The notes beneath the pieces are model-generated. The model was not told where the DNA came from. It saw only the letters and a list, made by a program, of their open reading frames with translations, and did not search any database. A DNA stretch of 63,015 bases, the filler included, from Asterionella formosa (Eukaryota): assembly GCA_002256025.1 (NCBI GenBank). It is 12 parts of 12 records of this genome, joined end to end, with 100 filler letters (N's around TTAATTAATTAA, not from the genome) between each part and the next. Parts side by side here need not be neighbours in the genome. Positions count along the whole stretch, not along the records: positions 21,071 to 26,234 come from NKIB01013190.1; positions 26,335 to 31,498 come from NKIB01013191.1; positions 31,599 to 36,761 come from NKIB01013192.1; 9 more parts are not named here. One strand, 5' to 3'. This document shows positions 22,999 to 35,127 of the stretch, piece by piece; the stretch's first letter is position 1; every line of letters begins with the position of its first letter. A program made the translations under genes and the position numbers.

Positions 22999-24809
22999 TT
23001 GATGTCTCACAAGATCAGACTAGTTGATTGTTGGGATTATGTACCAGCTAGTAGCAGCTTGGAGGTGAGGGAGGGAAGCAATTGTCTGTGTTCCCTCAAG
23101 TGGCAAACAAACCAAGGCACCCCCTATTCCCCCATGTGACAACCAGCAGACCAGATATTGAAGCACATATTTGTCAACCAGAATCTCACTCCAGCATTCC
23201 AATTCCATACCTTGTCCATCTTGCGGAAGCAACTGTAACAACAGTACGAGGAATGGCTTGACTTACAAGAAAACTGGCATATTCTTGAAAGTCCAAGAAA
23301 CATCGCTCCTGCAGGGCGGACATCAGCAATCAGGCAAGGAACCAAATTGCGGAGATATCGAGAAACATTTCACACAATGGAGCATCAAGGGCAGCAGGAC
23401 AGGGGAAGGAACCTGCTGGGCGAACATCAGCAATCAGACAAGGAACCAAATGGTGGAGATTTCAAGAAAAACTACAACCAGATGAGCATCAAGGACAGGG
23501 GAACGAACAACCAGGTATTTCAATGTACAGGTGTAGTGATGGAGGTGTCATGGGGAATTGCAATTGTCAGATGGATTGTTTGGGGATCATGTTTTGAAAC
23601 TGCCATTGCATGCGAATTGCTGCCTAGCAAATGGCCTACAGATCTTTCAGATCATCAAAGTGCTGCTAAACATATGCTGCTAGCTAGTATCAAATCATTA
23701 ATGCCTATTGGTTTTCATCATTTTACCTGTTGTTCATTAGCTAGTTCACCAATGCTGCCAAAAGCACTACCACCCTTGTCAATCAGCTGCTTGATATCAT
23801 ATCATTGCTTGTGGTTTTCTCCAGCTATATTATTCTTGAGTGACATCTTAGTGGCCAAATTTAGAAAGGAGTGGTTATATAAAGGACTATGGGCATTTGT
23901 TGATAGACCCTAATGAAAATTCGGTGAAACTCGAAAAAGCATTTTTATCTATTTGGAAAAACAGGCTTAAACAACCCGGAAAATAACAACGTTTGACTAC
24001 GCCGAAGGTTGCATGTAATTTGAATCGGAAAATGTCGTGGGAGTCAAAATGCCCACGGAGAAATGTTGTTAAGTATCACGATAACTATATTTAAGCCAGC
24101 AGGGGAATTACTATACAATACCAGGCACCAGGTACCCGAAATCAGGAGTACCAGGGTACGGGTAGTCCCGGTTTACTGCTAGTAAACATTTATTTTCCTT
24201 GCCCGAAATGTCAGGGATGATAGAAATCGTCATCGACATCCTAAACAACGTTTACTTTGTCGTCGAATGTTTAGGATGCTTCGATTCTGATGTCTCTATG
24301 GATGAAGGAATGTTCTTCTCCTGGTGACCCTGTCTTGCTGTGCAGGAACCCTTGTACCAGGTACCCGGTTCACAAATATAAAGATTTTACTTCTAGTTAC
24401 CAGGTAGTCGATGTGAGCAAAGAATGCCCGGTTGTTCATTAAAATAATAACAATTTGTAATTGGTAAATGGTCGTAAATGGGTATCCCTCGGGGTCATCT
24501 GACACCAAAGAACCAACGCACCGTCACTTCTGCAGTTCAACCAGCAAGTAGCATTCCATCACCATCAGGCCATTTGCTCAGGACTCAGGACTGATGATCA
24601 AGGTATGCTGGTATATCAAAGAACATGGCTATTGTTCCGAAATTTTCTCCGAAGTCACAAGAATGCTGCAACCCAGCCAACGTTGATGGCAGAAGCAAAA
24701 TTTACGGCCTAAATCACTGTGATTTAATTTTGTTCCTCCGTGTCGTTACGATATGCCCCATCTTTGCACATAATTTTTTGTCCAAAAATAATTGAATCAA
24801 TTATTAATA

Positions 24810-26168
24810 ATGCATCAAACAAACATGGCAATTTCAAAACAAATCGAATGTATGAGACTGGACGACGACGATCAAAGGTCGATGGAATGCATCATCAAGC
24901 TTGCTACTGCTTATGAGGATATCCAAGACTTGGATTCTGACGAGGAGTCGTTCGTTGATCTCTATGCTGTCATTGAAGGAAGAGCAAGGTCCAAGCCATC
25001 CATTTCGTCACTGGATGATATCAAGCAGCAGGCTCATAGTAAAAGCGCCAGATTTAGCAGCCGTTTGGAAGAGGACAAACGAATTCATCGCACCAGAACT
25101 GTGCTTCATTCAGAGCATGATCATCGACAAAGTGTCCAAACACGACGACATGTTGTAAGGTCCCACAGTCCCCCTCCTGTTGCTGGATCAGGAAGCTCAT
25201 CAAGACAGCATCAGCCCAGTCGAGAAACTCCCCTTGAACAGAGGTATCGCTTTCATCAAGAGAACATGAAAATGAAGCGAGCGCCATTGTCGTCAGTGGA
25301 TCGAGTGCCTAGTGGAGCGGCAGAATCGTGTGACAGGAATAAAGCAAGCACAGGACATCGTCAATTGGAAGATAGAAAGGTCCCGACACAAGTAGTATTG
25401 ACGACTCAGTCTGATCATTCACGAGGAAGACGCAAAAGTTCACCAACCTCTTCTACTAAACCCCAAGAATTACGCCCAGTTAGCGCAGCACAGTTATTTC
25501 ATGATCGTCCAATTCACTTGCTTTCCATACCGTCCATACCAAGGGATCTTGGACCCCTGATACCCAACCCGGAAACCAGCTTGAAAACCTCAGACGGCAA
25601 GACTACTACTACAACGCGGCGTCCTTTGGGTAGACCAGCAGTTCGCATCGAGAAATTGAAGGGAGACGAGGATCCTGGACCTCGACCTCGATGTGACATT
25701 ATAGTGACCACACAAGGGAGAAATGGTCTCACTATGCATCCGAGACAAGGGGCTACTACTGCTTGTGCTGCGGATAGAAATCACATCATTGGACAAAAGC
25801 AAAGTGCTTTGCATCAACCAAGGTCTAACAGTTCACTGCACAGTGTGGAACCAGATCCATGGGATCACACCAACGACAAGTTTATGTGTACCGACGCTAC
25901 GGCAACGAGCAATTCGGATACAAAAACGTCGTCCTTGGAAGCAAAAAAGCAAACGCGAAAACTTTCGTGGCAAAGTATCACCGCCTTGAAGTCAACAATC
26001 ATGCTGTCGCGTCGGGTGTCATATGATGATGCTTCTGCTTTGTCAGCGACACGCAAATTGTCGTCCTCATCTCCTTGTGAGCTGTCAGCATCTGGTCTCC
26101 AGCGCGAGGATGAACAAGAAATGACAGATAGTAGCAGAAAGAAGTACATGGACATGTTGTTCAGTTAA
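24810..26168 (+). CDS. Hypothetical S/T/R/P-rich, probably disordered protein; multicopy
   Basis: Uninterrupted ~450-codon ORF. The paralogous 3' copy keeps the frame and stop. No domain recognised; start codon uncertain. Confidence 0.6.
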   Translation: MHQTNMAISKQIECMRLDDDDQRSMECIIKLATAYEDIQDLDSDEESFVDLYAVIEGRARSKPSISSLDDIKQQAHSKSARFSSRLEEDKRIHRTRTVLHSEHDHRQSVQTRRHVVRSHSPPPVAGSGSSSRQHQPSRETPLEQRYRFHQENMKMKRAPLSSVDRVPSGAAESCDRNKASTGHRQLEDRKVPTQVVLTTQSDHSRGRRKSSPTSSTKPQELRPVSAAQLFHDRPIHLLSIPSIPRDLGPLIPNPETSLKTSDGKTTTTTRRPLGRPAVRIEKLKGDEDPGPRPRCDIIVTTQGRNGLTMHPRQGATTACAADRNHIIGQKQSALHQPRSNSSLHSVEPDPWDHTNDKFMCTDATATSNSDTKTSSLEAKKQTRKLSWQSITALKSTIMLSRRVSYDDASALSATRKLSSSSPCELSASGLQREDEQEMTDSSRKKYMDMLFS

Positions 26169-26989
26169 TTCATCATTGAGTAGTGGTATTCGGGGAAATC
26201 AAAAGAACTAGTAACGTAACGTAACGTAACGTAANNNNNNNNNNNNNNNNNNNNNNNNNNNNNNNNNNNNNNNNNNNNTTAATTAATTAANNNNNNNNNN
26301 NNNNNNNNNNNNNNNNNNNNNNNNNNNNNNNNNNAGACTTTTGATACGCTATGTCGCCTACGGGCATTTTTTTGTATAGACAAAATGAACTGCTAGTTTC
26401 GCTGCCTACCAAATTTTTCGACTACTCCACATTCGTTCTAGACATACATGTGCAATTTTTGCAGCAGAGTATCTACGATGCCAGTATACTGCGAGCCTGC
26501 AAAAGTATTTTTTAGGCCTGCAGTTATATACCAGTATACCGCAGCCAATGGCTGAACAGTATGGTTTTTCGAAACCACCGAAACAGTATACTGGTATACT
26601 GATCCAGCAAATCCCGGGGAGTTCTTATTCAATACTGCAGTATACTGCCAACCCAGTAAGTAATCACCGACCTATGGGCTACACTACATACTTAATTATT
26701 AAAGCGTACAAGGTACCAGGGTACCTTGTACATATTCCGCCGTCTTGTACATATTCCGCCGTGCCAGCTGTCCCGGTGCTCGAGACTTCCTCAAGTACTA
26801 CGAAGCTCCGAAGTATGGTACTGGTACCAAAGTACCGGTACCTGTTACATACTCCGTACCAGGGACGTGGTACCGATTGTTGTTACCATATACCGGTTAC
26901 TCCGTATATCCTACAAAGATTCCTGTAAGTGCTTAATTCCCGTGAGTACTGGTCCCTCTACAGCTACCGTAGTTAAATACATACCTTCA

Positions 26990-29971
26990 GCATGCTGGTG
27001 ACATTGACCCCTATGCCCCTATCCCTGGTTGTGGCCCCCTCGCTGCCTCCATCCCTTTTGGCTGTCTTGGTCTGGACCCTGCACTCTTCTATCAGGCCCT
27101 CTTCTCCCAGCCTCATGTACCTTTCCCTCATCGGCCCCTACCCATTCCCCTGTCTGCACCTGCCTTCCAGGTGTCATGCTCTTCTCCCATAAAGGACCTC
27201 TCCTTTCATTCCCCCTTTGCATCCCCCTTGTCCTCCCCCGTCCCCCCTCTCCCTGTTCAGTCCAGTGGTTTGGCCTCTGTAGCTGATTCCTTCACCATTG
27301 TCTCTTCCCATGCTGCCTCTGTTGCCACTAAGGCTGATATCCAAGCTGCCCTTGTGGCCTCCATTACCTCTTCTGATAATAAGAAGGAGCTTTCCATGAG
27401 CCTTCCACGCTTCAATGGGGATCCTAAAAAATTCAATGAGTGGTTCACTATGTTGACCACCCTCCTGAGCACCCCAGTTTGGCGCCACATCCACCTTGCC
27501 TCTCCTGATGATCCTTCATATGAATCTCTATCCCAGGCATTGTATTTGGTTCTCATTGTGACCCTCCATGACCAAGCTGCTGATCATTGGCGCAGCCGTA
27601 ATGATATCCTCCACAATGGTATTGGTCTCCTTGCTGAAGTCACCAAAAATTATTGGGTCTCCCATTCCTACTCGCTTATCAACCTTTTGACAGCATGGGA
27701 AAATCTCTTCCAGAAGGATAAAGAGACACCCCTCCAACTTTCATTTCGCACCCATGAACTTGTTTCAAAGGCAGCTGATGCTGGCCAATTATTCACAGAA
27801 CCATTCATTTGTTATCGTTTTCTCTTGGCTCTTGGTCCTGCCTTTCATGCCTTTGTCCAACCCTACCTCTTACACCAGAAGGACATCACCACCATGACCC
27901 TGGTCACACTGACTGCTTCTGCCAAGACATACACTGACACACCTGGGTTTGACTCCTCCAAGATGGCTCACACAGGTCACCGTTCTGCTGCTCCTTCCTC
28001 CTCTGATTCCTCCTCACCCTCCCCAACCGCATTGAGAATGTTAAAACCTGATAATCAACCTTCAACCTTGAAAAAATTCGAGTTTTGGATGGTATGCTTT
28101 GGCTTCAAGTGGATGGTCTTAACAAACAACTCAGATCACTTCTCAAGTATCTTCCAACACCTCGTGCTTCTTGTTTCTCTACTCAAGGTATTCAGATTGA
28201 TGATCCAAACAATGCTCTCTCCTATTTTTCAATCCTGATACATGTCATCAGTTCAATGCACATCACTCATCTCTATCTTCATTTTGAAGTCATTCTCAAA
28301 ATGAAATATGCTCACATTGGTAAATTTAGTCATCAAGACCAATACAATATATGGATGAATTATTGCCCTTATACTCAAGGAGTGGTTGTGGAGTTTACAG
28401 CAGCCTTTTGCTTAAAACCAATTTTTTCCCAGTCTATCCAACTCATTCGCCCTTCAGCACAGTATCTCCCAGTTTGGGGTTTCATCCACAATTCCTATGA
28501 TTTTTCTTGTCAAATCAATAATATTCTGGTTGATGCTTGTTGTCTAATCATTCATGATGATTATTTCTTGATTGAATGCCAATTCAATCTAACTCAGCCA
28601 TGATGCTAACAATCTTTGCCAAATGTTCTACTTACAATGTTGCATCTTGCACCATAACATGCAACATGTTGTCCCCAGTTTCCATTCACTATACCAATCA
28701 TCAGTCAATTATGTTTGATATCCAGCTTTTATGGGACATCTTTGGTTCATAATCCAAATTGTTTGTACACATTCTCCACTTAAAGATTGCTGGCATTTCA
28801 CAATGCAATATTTGCAAGATCTCCTGGTTTTGGAAATGTTTAAGCATCCTGACATGGGCGAATTCATGATTTACAGAGTTATCTTCATATTACTGTATGA
28901 ATATCATTGGAAAGTTCATACCATGGCCATTTTGCCTCACATAGAAGATTGCTCAGCTCTTTGGATTAGAAACCCTGCACCTTTGATTGATATTGATGTT
29001 CATCTCCATTGTGAGGCATTTTACAAGATTGAACTAGATGCATCTATTCTTACTTTTTCTGGACACATACTCTGGTTTCTAATTATTACACTTCTCATGA
29101 ACAAGTGCATGCTATTTCATCCTCCTGATGACCACATGGGAATGGATACGGCATTCTTTGGTTTAGTACAACCAACAGTGAAATCCAATGAATTCTGCCT
29201 ATACGTTTTGCAACTACTTGCACTTGGAATCCCATCTATTCAGGAAATCAATTCTGTTCCATTCTGTCCAGCAATATTGGCGATGCACATCACTCCTTGT
29301 CACCTTTATTTTGATTCCAGGTTACCATATTCTACTGTGCCTCAACACACACTGCTCACCATCTTCTCTATTGCTTTAGGAGACACACTGGAATATTGTC
29401 TTAGTGGCCTTATTGTCCTTCTGAATCAATTAAACAATCACATTAGTGGCCTTCAAGTCCTTCTGAATCAATTGAACAATCAAATTCATGCCCTGACAAG
29501 TTTTGGGAATCAACAGAGCTGTGCATCCTATTTTCCTTCTGTTTGCAAAAGGACCAGCACTCAAGGCCTACACGCAAACACCCAAATTAGTCAAATCTCT
29601 TTGTTCCAGATTGACTCCTCTGTTTTTCCTCTTGATGCCAAGTTTCTTTCATTACCTTGACTTTTAGTGCTTCTTATGCATCATTACAAGAATATGATGG
29701 ACTCTAAATTCCATCATTTGGCTGGTTTTGATCACCTACTCTTGCTTGCCTTGGCCTCACCAGTCCCAAAGACCATCAGACAATTCCTGTTACTTTGCTT
29801 CCAGGTTTCTCATTCATTCATGAGATGGGGTGGATGTTATGAATCACTGTCCTATCAGGATGTAGATTCATGTGTCTGTCTGTTTGTCTGTGAACGCCTG
29901 TCTCGTGTTCTCGCTCTACTTTCTATCTCTACAAAGTCTACTATAAATATACTATAATCACTCTTTTAACA
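26990..29971 (+). mobile_element. Old, heavily mutated LTR retrotransposon (probably copia): gag-like ORF, decayed pol, PPT and 3' LTR
   Basis: gag-like SLPRFNGDPKKFNEWF...FQKDKETPLQL (27171-~27950), broken pol-like frames, purine tract GATGGGGTGGA, then TGTTA...TAACA. Confidence 0.65.
29835..29971 (+). repeat. Candidate 3' LTR (137 bp)
   Basis: Starts TGTTATG directly after a polypurine tract and ends TTTAACA (TGTTA/TAACA terminal inverted repeat). Contains a TATAAA. Confidence 0.6.
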
Positions 29972-30207
29972 TACCCCCCTTCCAAACTCCTCTTGAGCTT
30001 GTCAGGTTAGTTAATTGACTCACACCACTCTCCTCCTCCTCCTCCTTCATCCTCGTCGTCCTTCGCTACCGTTCCCTCTTTCACTGCATAATATCGCACC
30101 TCCTGGTCCAACAATTTCTCAGCAACATCCTTTGCCATCAACACAATATAGTAGAATTCCTATTGAGGCAATTATTGAGATGATGCAAATGAATCAGCAG
30201 AATGCTG

Positions 30208-30700
30208 TCATTCCTCATTCTTTTTCTTGTCCTCATACTCAGCCAAGATCCAAAGTGCTGCACAACCATAGAGTAGAACATCAGCATTGGTTAAATGAGT
30301 CTTCATTGCAGACAGAATCATAGTGATACTTCCTGCATAGTGTTGCACATCCACATTGGAAGAATGAGTCTTCATCAAGATTGTAGTGATACCTCCTGCT
30401 TCAGCAATTGTCACCTTGTTGTTGTCATTATTTTAAGGCAAGACAAAAAGTGCTCTACAACCAGCTTCTTGCACTTCAGCTTTTGAAAAATGAGTCTTCA
30501 TTGAAATCAGAATCATCGCAATACCTCATGCATCAGCAATCATCACCCTGTTTTTGTCATTATTGTAAGACAAGACAAAAATTGTTCCACAACAAACTTC
30601 TTGCACAAAAAAATTGGATGAATGTAGCAGTACCTCCTTCATCATCAATCATCACCTGGTGGTTGTTGTCATTCTCAGCCAACTTCCAACAACAATGTAA
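30208..30700 (-). pseudogene. Degenerate armadillo-repeat gene fragment
   Basis: TIAEAGGITTILMKTHSSNVDVQHY... with deletions and frameshifts; homologous to the adjacent ARM ORF. Confidence 0.75.
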
Positions 30701-30921
30701 TGATTGTTAAAGAAGATCATATAGAGAAAGCTATCAATGTTTAGAAAATATGATCCTACTTAGACTTATCTTTCTTTTCTACAATAATACTATTTGTAAT
30801 CGATACAAAAAATATTAATCAATCCTCATAAAAAAACCATATTGACTACTTCCCATGTTGGGTCAATATGAAAGGTGCTCCATAACCTTTTTCTTGCACA
30901 CCAGCATTAAAAAAAATGAAT

Positions 30922-31498
30922 TTAAATAGCAGACTCAATTGCAACTTTTCCACCAGCATTGGAAATCATTGCCTGGTTGTTGTCATTTTTATAAGCCAAA
31001 TTCTGAAGTGCTGCACGACCATAGTGTTGCACATCCACATTAGAGGAATGATTATTCATCACAAACACAATTGTACTGATACCTCCTGCTGCAGCAATCA
31101 TCACCTTGTTGTTTTCATTATTATCAGCCAAGTTAGAAAGTGCTACACAACAAAGATATTGAACATTAGCTTTGAATGAATGAGTCTTTATCGCAGACAG
31201 AATTGTTGTGATACCTTCTGCTTTAGCAATTTTCACCTTGTTGTTGTCATTATTGTAAGACAAGACAATAAGTGCTCTACAACCAGCTTCTTGCACAAAG
31301 AAATTGGATGAATGAGTCTTCATCGTAGACAGAATCAAAATTATACCTCCCTCTTCAGCAATCGTCACCCTGTTCTTGTCATTGTTAACAGCCAAGTTGC
31401 TAAGTGCACCACAACCATACTCTTGCACAGTAGCATTGGAGGAATGAGTCTTCATCGCAGACAGAATCAAAATTATACCTCCTTCTTCAGCAATGGTC
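30922..31498 (-). CDS. Armadillo (ARM) repeat protein, 3' part; 5' end cut by contig end
   Basis: At least four ~44-aa repeats of ILSAMKTHSSNxxVQExGCxALxNLAxNNDxNKVxIAxxGGI. Confidence 0.85.
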
Positions 31499-31613
31499 NN
31501 NNNNNNNNNNNNNNNNNNNNNNNNNNNNNNNNNNNNNNNNNNTTAATTAATTAANNNNNNNNNNNNNNNNNNNNNNNNNNNNNNNNNNNNNNNNNNNNTC
31601 ATCTTGTATCATC

Positions 31614-32444
31614 ATGAACAATGGCATTGCCATTCCAAAATTGGCATTTGGACTATACAAAATCCCAGTTGACGGGGAGCAGATTATTTTAGATGCCATT
31701 GAGGCTGGATATCGTCACTTCGATACGGCCGTTTATTATGGAAATGAGTCAACCTTGGGCAATGCCATTATAATGAGTGGATTACCTCGATCAGATTTCT
31801 TTATTTGCACCAAGGTCTGGAATGATGATCAAATCAACAGGACCGTCCGAGAAAGTGTCCAAGGCAGCTTGAAACGGTTGAAAATGGAATATATAGACCT
31901 ATGCTTGATTCATTGGCCCGTTCCTGGACATTATATAGAAACGTATAAAGTCTTGCAAGAGATGGTTCATCCTCAGGACTGTGGCAAGATTCGATCTCTT
32001 GGACTAAGTAACTTTTCACCAAGTGAATACATCGAGCTCATGGCAGCAGGCAATGATATAACAGTCCAACCAGTTGTAAACCAGATGGAAGTTTCCCCAT
32101 TCATGTACCGTCCGGATATTGTAGATTTCTTTCAAGCCCAAGGGCTCGTTGTGAGTTCATCCAAGGCCTTGCATCGAGGGGAAAAATTTGACCATGTTGT
32201 CCTTGAGCAATTGTCACAACAATATCACATGACACCAGCTCAACTTATGATACAATGGGGACTTCAAAAAGGGTTGGTGGTTGTGGCCAAAACAAGTCAT
32301 AAGTTGCGCATGATTGAGAATCGAGAGACTTTTACAAATAATGTCCTTCAGGAGTCCGATATTTGCTTGTTGGATGAGTGCACGACAGCAGAAGAAATTT
32401 GCCTACGAGATGAACTGGAAAGGCAACGAAAGGCGTCGATGTAA
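31614..32444 (+). CDS. Aldo/keto reductase
   Basis: Catalytic tetrad contexts: GYRHFDTAVYYGNE (D, Y), FICTKVW (K), DLCLIHWP (H); also GLSNF and VNQME. Confidence 0.92.
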   Translation: MNNGIAIPKLAFGLYKIPVDGEQIILDAIEAGYRHFDTAVYYGNESTLGNAIIMSGLPRSDFFICTKVWNDDQINRTVRESVQGSLKRLKMEYIDLCLIHWPVPGHYIETYKVLQEMVHPQDCGKIRSLGLSNFSPSEYIELMAAGNDITVQPVVNQMEVSPFMYRPDIVDFFQAQGLVVSSSKALHRGEKFDHVVLEQLSQQYHMTPAQLMIQWGLQKGLVVVAKTSHKLRMIENRETFTNNVLQESDICLLDECTTAEEICLRDELERQRKASM

Positions 32445-32758
32445 ACAATTTCATTTGTAGCTTGATAACAACCATATGCCAATGTGAGGAGAACGACGAG
32501 TCGATTCCATGGATCAAGTAGTCTATGTTAATTACAATTCGATTATTACTTTATAATCTGAAAATGTGTTGTTTCTAATTCATTTATTTATGTGAAGCTT
32601 GGAGACAATGCGTGTCCTGCAATGTTTGTTATCATATTACTCATTTATTTATTATTTCATGAAAACGAAAAAGGGTATTTTAAGCCAAAAGACAAATCTT
32701 TCGCCCAATTTTTACCAATGTTCAAAATTCTTACGTCATCGATCGTTCTAGCAAGATA

Positions 32759-34654
32759 ATGTTCCCATCACTGCTGCTGCTGTTCCTCCTCCTCTTTGTC
32801 GCACCGGTACAATCACGCTCATGCACGTTATTTATAGATAAGAGCGAGAATGATGAGCAAAACAGAGAATTCATAGCAGCATCATCGAAGGAAGCTTCCA
32901 TTCTCCTTGAAGCTGCTGGAATCGTTGGCCTTTGCCACCCCACGACTTTGGAATTCGAGCCCTATTTCCCCCTCTGTGCATCCTCGTCATCAGCACATCT
33001 TCGCCGCTCGCTCTCTGACGCACAGCAAGAACAACAACAACAATCCAGCAGACCTTCGTTAGAGGACGAACCCTTTTTCATCCAAAATGGTCTCTTGGCC
33101 TTGCTGTGCGTTTGTACCGCTGCGTTGGCCGCAGGACTGACCATGGGCCTATTGAGCTTAGATCCTCTCCTCCTCCTTATTAAAATGAGAGCTGGATCTA
33201 CGCAGAAAGAAAAGGATCAGGCCGCCAGTCTCCTTCCTATTGTGAAGCAACATCATTTACTACTAGTTACACTCTTATTGCTCAATAGTATTGCCAATGA
33301 AGCGCTTCCCCTGTTTCTTGACAATATGTTTCCTGGATATGTCGCCGTGCTCATATCCGTCTTTGGTGTTTTATTTTTTGGTGAAATCATACCATCTGCT
33401 GTATTTACAGGTCCTGACAAAATTAAAATTGCGGCGAATATGGTTCCACTTGTGCGAGTAGTAATGGCCATTCTATATCCCTTGGCCTATCCTATTGCCA
33501 AGCTTCTGGATCATGTGTTGCACGATGACGATGGAGACGAAGTTTCTAGTATGTACAATCGAGGCGAATTATCTGCCTTGGTACGAATTCAATATGAAGA
33601 ACGATTGGCAAGCAAGAAGAAACGAAAAATGGCATTACGACGGAAGGTTCCAGTGAAAGGCGTTTTACACTTGGAAGGAGGGTCCACAGCACCATTAGTT
33701 GATTACAATCTCAAAGATAATGTTCGGACACTAAAAAAAGAAATATCCAAACTATCGTTTGAGAGCGCCAGTCCAAAGCCTTCGGCCAGTACCAAAAAGC
33801 AACCTATTGTGAAGGAACGAAGTGTGTCGATACACTTTGATGAAGTTAGTATGGTCGAAGGTGCGCTTACTATGGGCACCAAGGTTGCAAAGAACGTCTG
33901 CACTCCACTTCGCAAACTATTTGCAATTCCCTACGATTCTATTCTGGACGAAAATACCGTTGTTTCTATATATTCCTCAGGGTTTTCTCGCATCCCAGTC
34001 TTTGACCGGAATCCCAAAAATGAACATGACTTCCGTGCCATACGGGGCATATTAATGACCAAGCAACTTATTGTGGTGTCGTCGTATGATCGCCGACCAT
34101 TGAAAACCCTCCCTCTTTTAAAACCATTTTGTATTGCAACTACAGAGAATTTAGTGGATTGCATCAATCTCTTTCAGACGGGTGCTAAAACAGCAGGGAA
34201 GGGTGGGCATTTGGCATTGGTATGTGCTCGTCCAGATCTTGCTAGTGATGCCCTGGACCGTGATGAGGCCATTCCAGAGGCAGCGGGTGTGATGGGTATA
34301 CTAACCTTTGAAGATGTATTGGAAGAGTTGTTACAAGAAGAGATTTATGATGAAATGGACCGATTAGAGCAAAGTCATCTCGAAACGGTCAAGTGGGTCA
34401 TCCAAAAGTGGAAGCTTTATGTCAAGAAGCGTAAACTTCAACGAGAAATAGACGAACTGACCACAAGTCATGAAGAAGTTCTATCCTTTCAGGGAATCGT
34501 CTCAGAGGTGGCACATCGCCATTCATTAATGGCAGCAGAAAAAGGGATGGTCATACCTGATGTGAAGACACCATTGCTGGGTAATAGGAGTGGCATTGAG
34601 ACAACTGAGCGGCCTAGTTTCTTTGGGTTGTTTGGAGGTAAAAAGGGGAAGTAA
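32759..34654 (+). CDS. CNNM/DUF21 + CBS-pair metal (Mg2+) transporter-like membrane protein
   Basis: Signal-peptide-like N-terminus, AGLTMGLLSLD, LLVTLLLLNSIANEALP, FGEIIP, GFSRIPV and GILTFEDVLEELLQEEIYDE. Confidence 0.92.
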   Translation: MFPSLLLLFLLLFVAPVQSRSCTLFIDKSENDEQNREFIAASSKEASILLEAAGIVGLCHPTTLEFEPYFPLCASSSSAHLRRSLSDAQQEQQQQSSRPSLEDEPFFIQNGLLALLCVCTAALAAGLTMGLLSLDPLLLLIKMRAGSTQKEKDQAASLLPIVKQHHLLLVTLLLLNSIANEALPLFLDNMFPGYVAVLISVFGVLFFGEIIPSAVFTGPDKIKIAANMVPLVRVVMAILYPLAYPIAKLLDHVLHDDDGDEVSSMYNRGELSALVRIQYEERLASKKKRKMALRRKVPVKGVLHLEGGSTAPLVDYNLKDNVRTLKKEISKLSFESASPKPSASTKKQPIVKERSVSIHFDEVSMVEGALTMGTKVAKNVCTPLRKLFAIPYDSILDENTVVSIYSSGFSRIPVFDRNPKNEHDFRAIRGILMTKQLIVVSSYDRRPLKTLPLLKPFCIATTENLVDCINLFQTGAKTAGKGGHLALVCARPDLASDALDRDEAIPEAAGVMGILTFEDVLEELLQEEIYDEMDRLEQSHLETVKWVIQKWKLYVKKRKLQREIDELTTSHEEVLSFQGIVSEVAHRHSLMAAEKGMVIPDVKTPLLGNRSGIETTERPSFFGLFGGKKGK

Positions 34655-34857
34655 TAATTGATACCGGTAGTCCCTTTACATGGCTTTTTGGTGGAGATAT
34701 TTTATAATCACTGTTTCTAATTAGCTCGTTTCTTTCATAAGTGTATTGTGTGTCTATACTTTAACCAAAAAAGACTACTAGTTCATCATGACTCATAGCA
34801 TCCCCTCAATTCACATGAGAATATTCCCATATATGAAATTGTCTTGCTACAATTCCA

Positions 34858-35127
34858 TTACTCCAGATCCTTTGTATTGAAATCATCCATAAATCCATGA
34901 AAGAATGACGTATGTGCCATACCAGCACAACCAGTAAATGATTTGACACGAGGAGAAATTGCGGCGGCAGGTTGATACGGAGGTCGAATTCCTGTACTGC
35001 CGCTGCTATTACTGATGGATGCGCTTGTTATTGCCGCCCGAACTTCACAAACGTCTGCTCCTGCTTGTTGACGCTGCTGTCCTGATGAGGAGGACGCTTG
35101 CTCACTTGTGGATGCCGCTGTTTCCAT
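34858..35127 (-). CDS. Small hypothetical protein (89 aa)
   Basis: ATG-initiated ORF, GC-richer than its AT-rich surroundings; no domain recognised. Confidence 0.35.
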   Translation of the reverse strand: METAASTSEQASSSSGQQRQQAGADVCEVRAAITSASISNSSGSTGIRPPYQPAAAISPRVKSFTGCAGMAHTSFFHGFMDDFNTKDLE

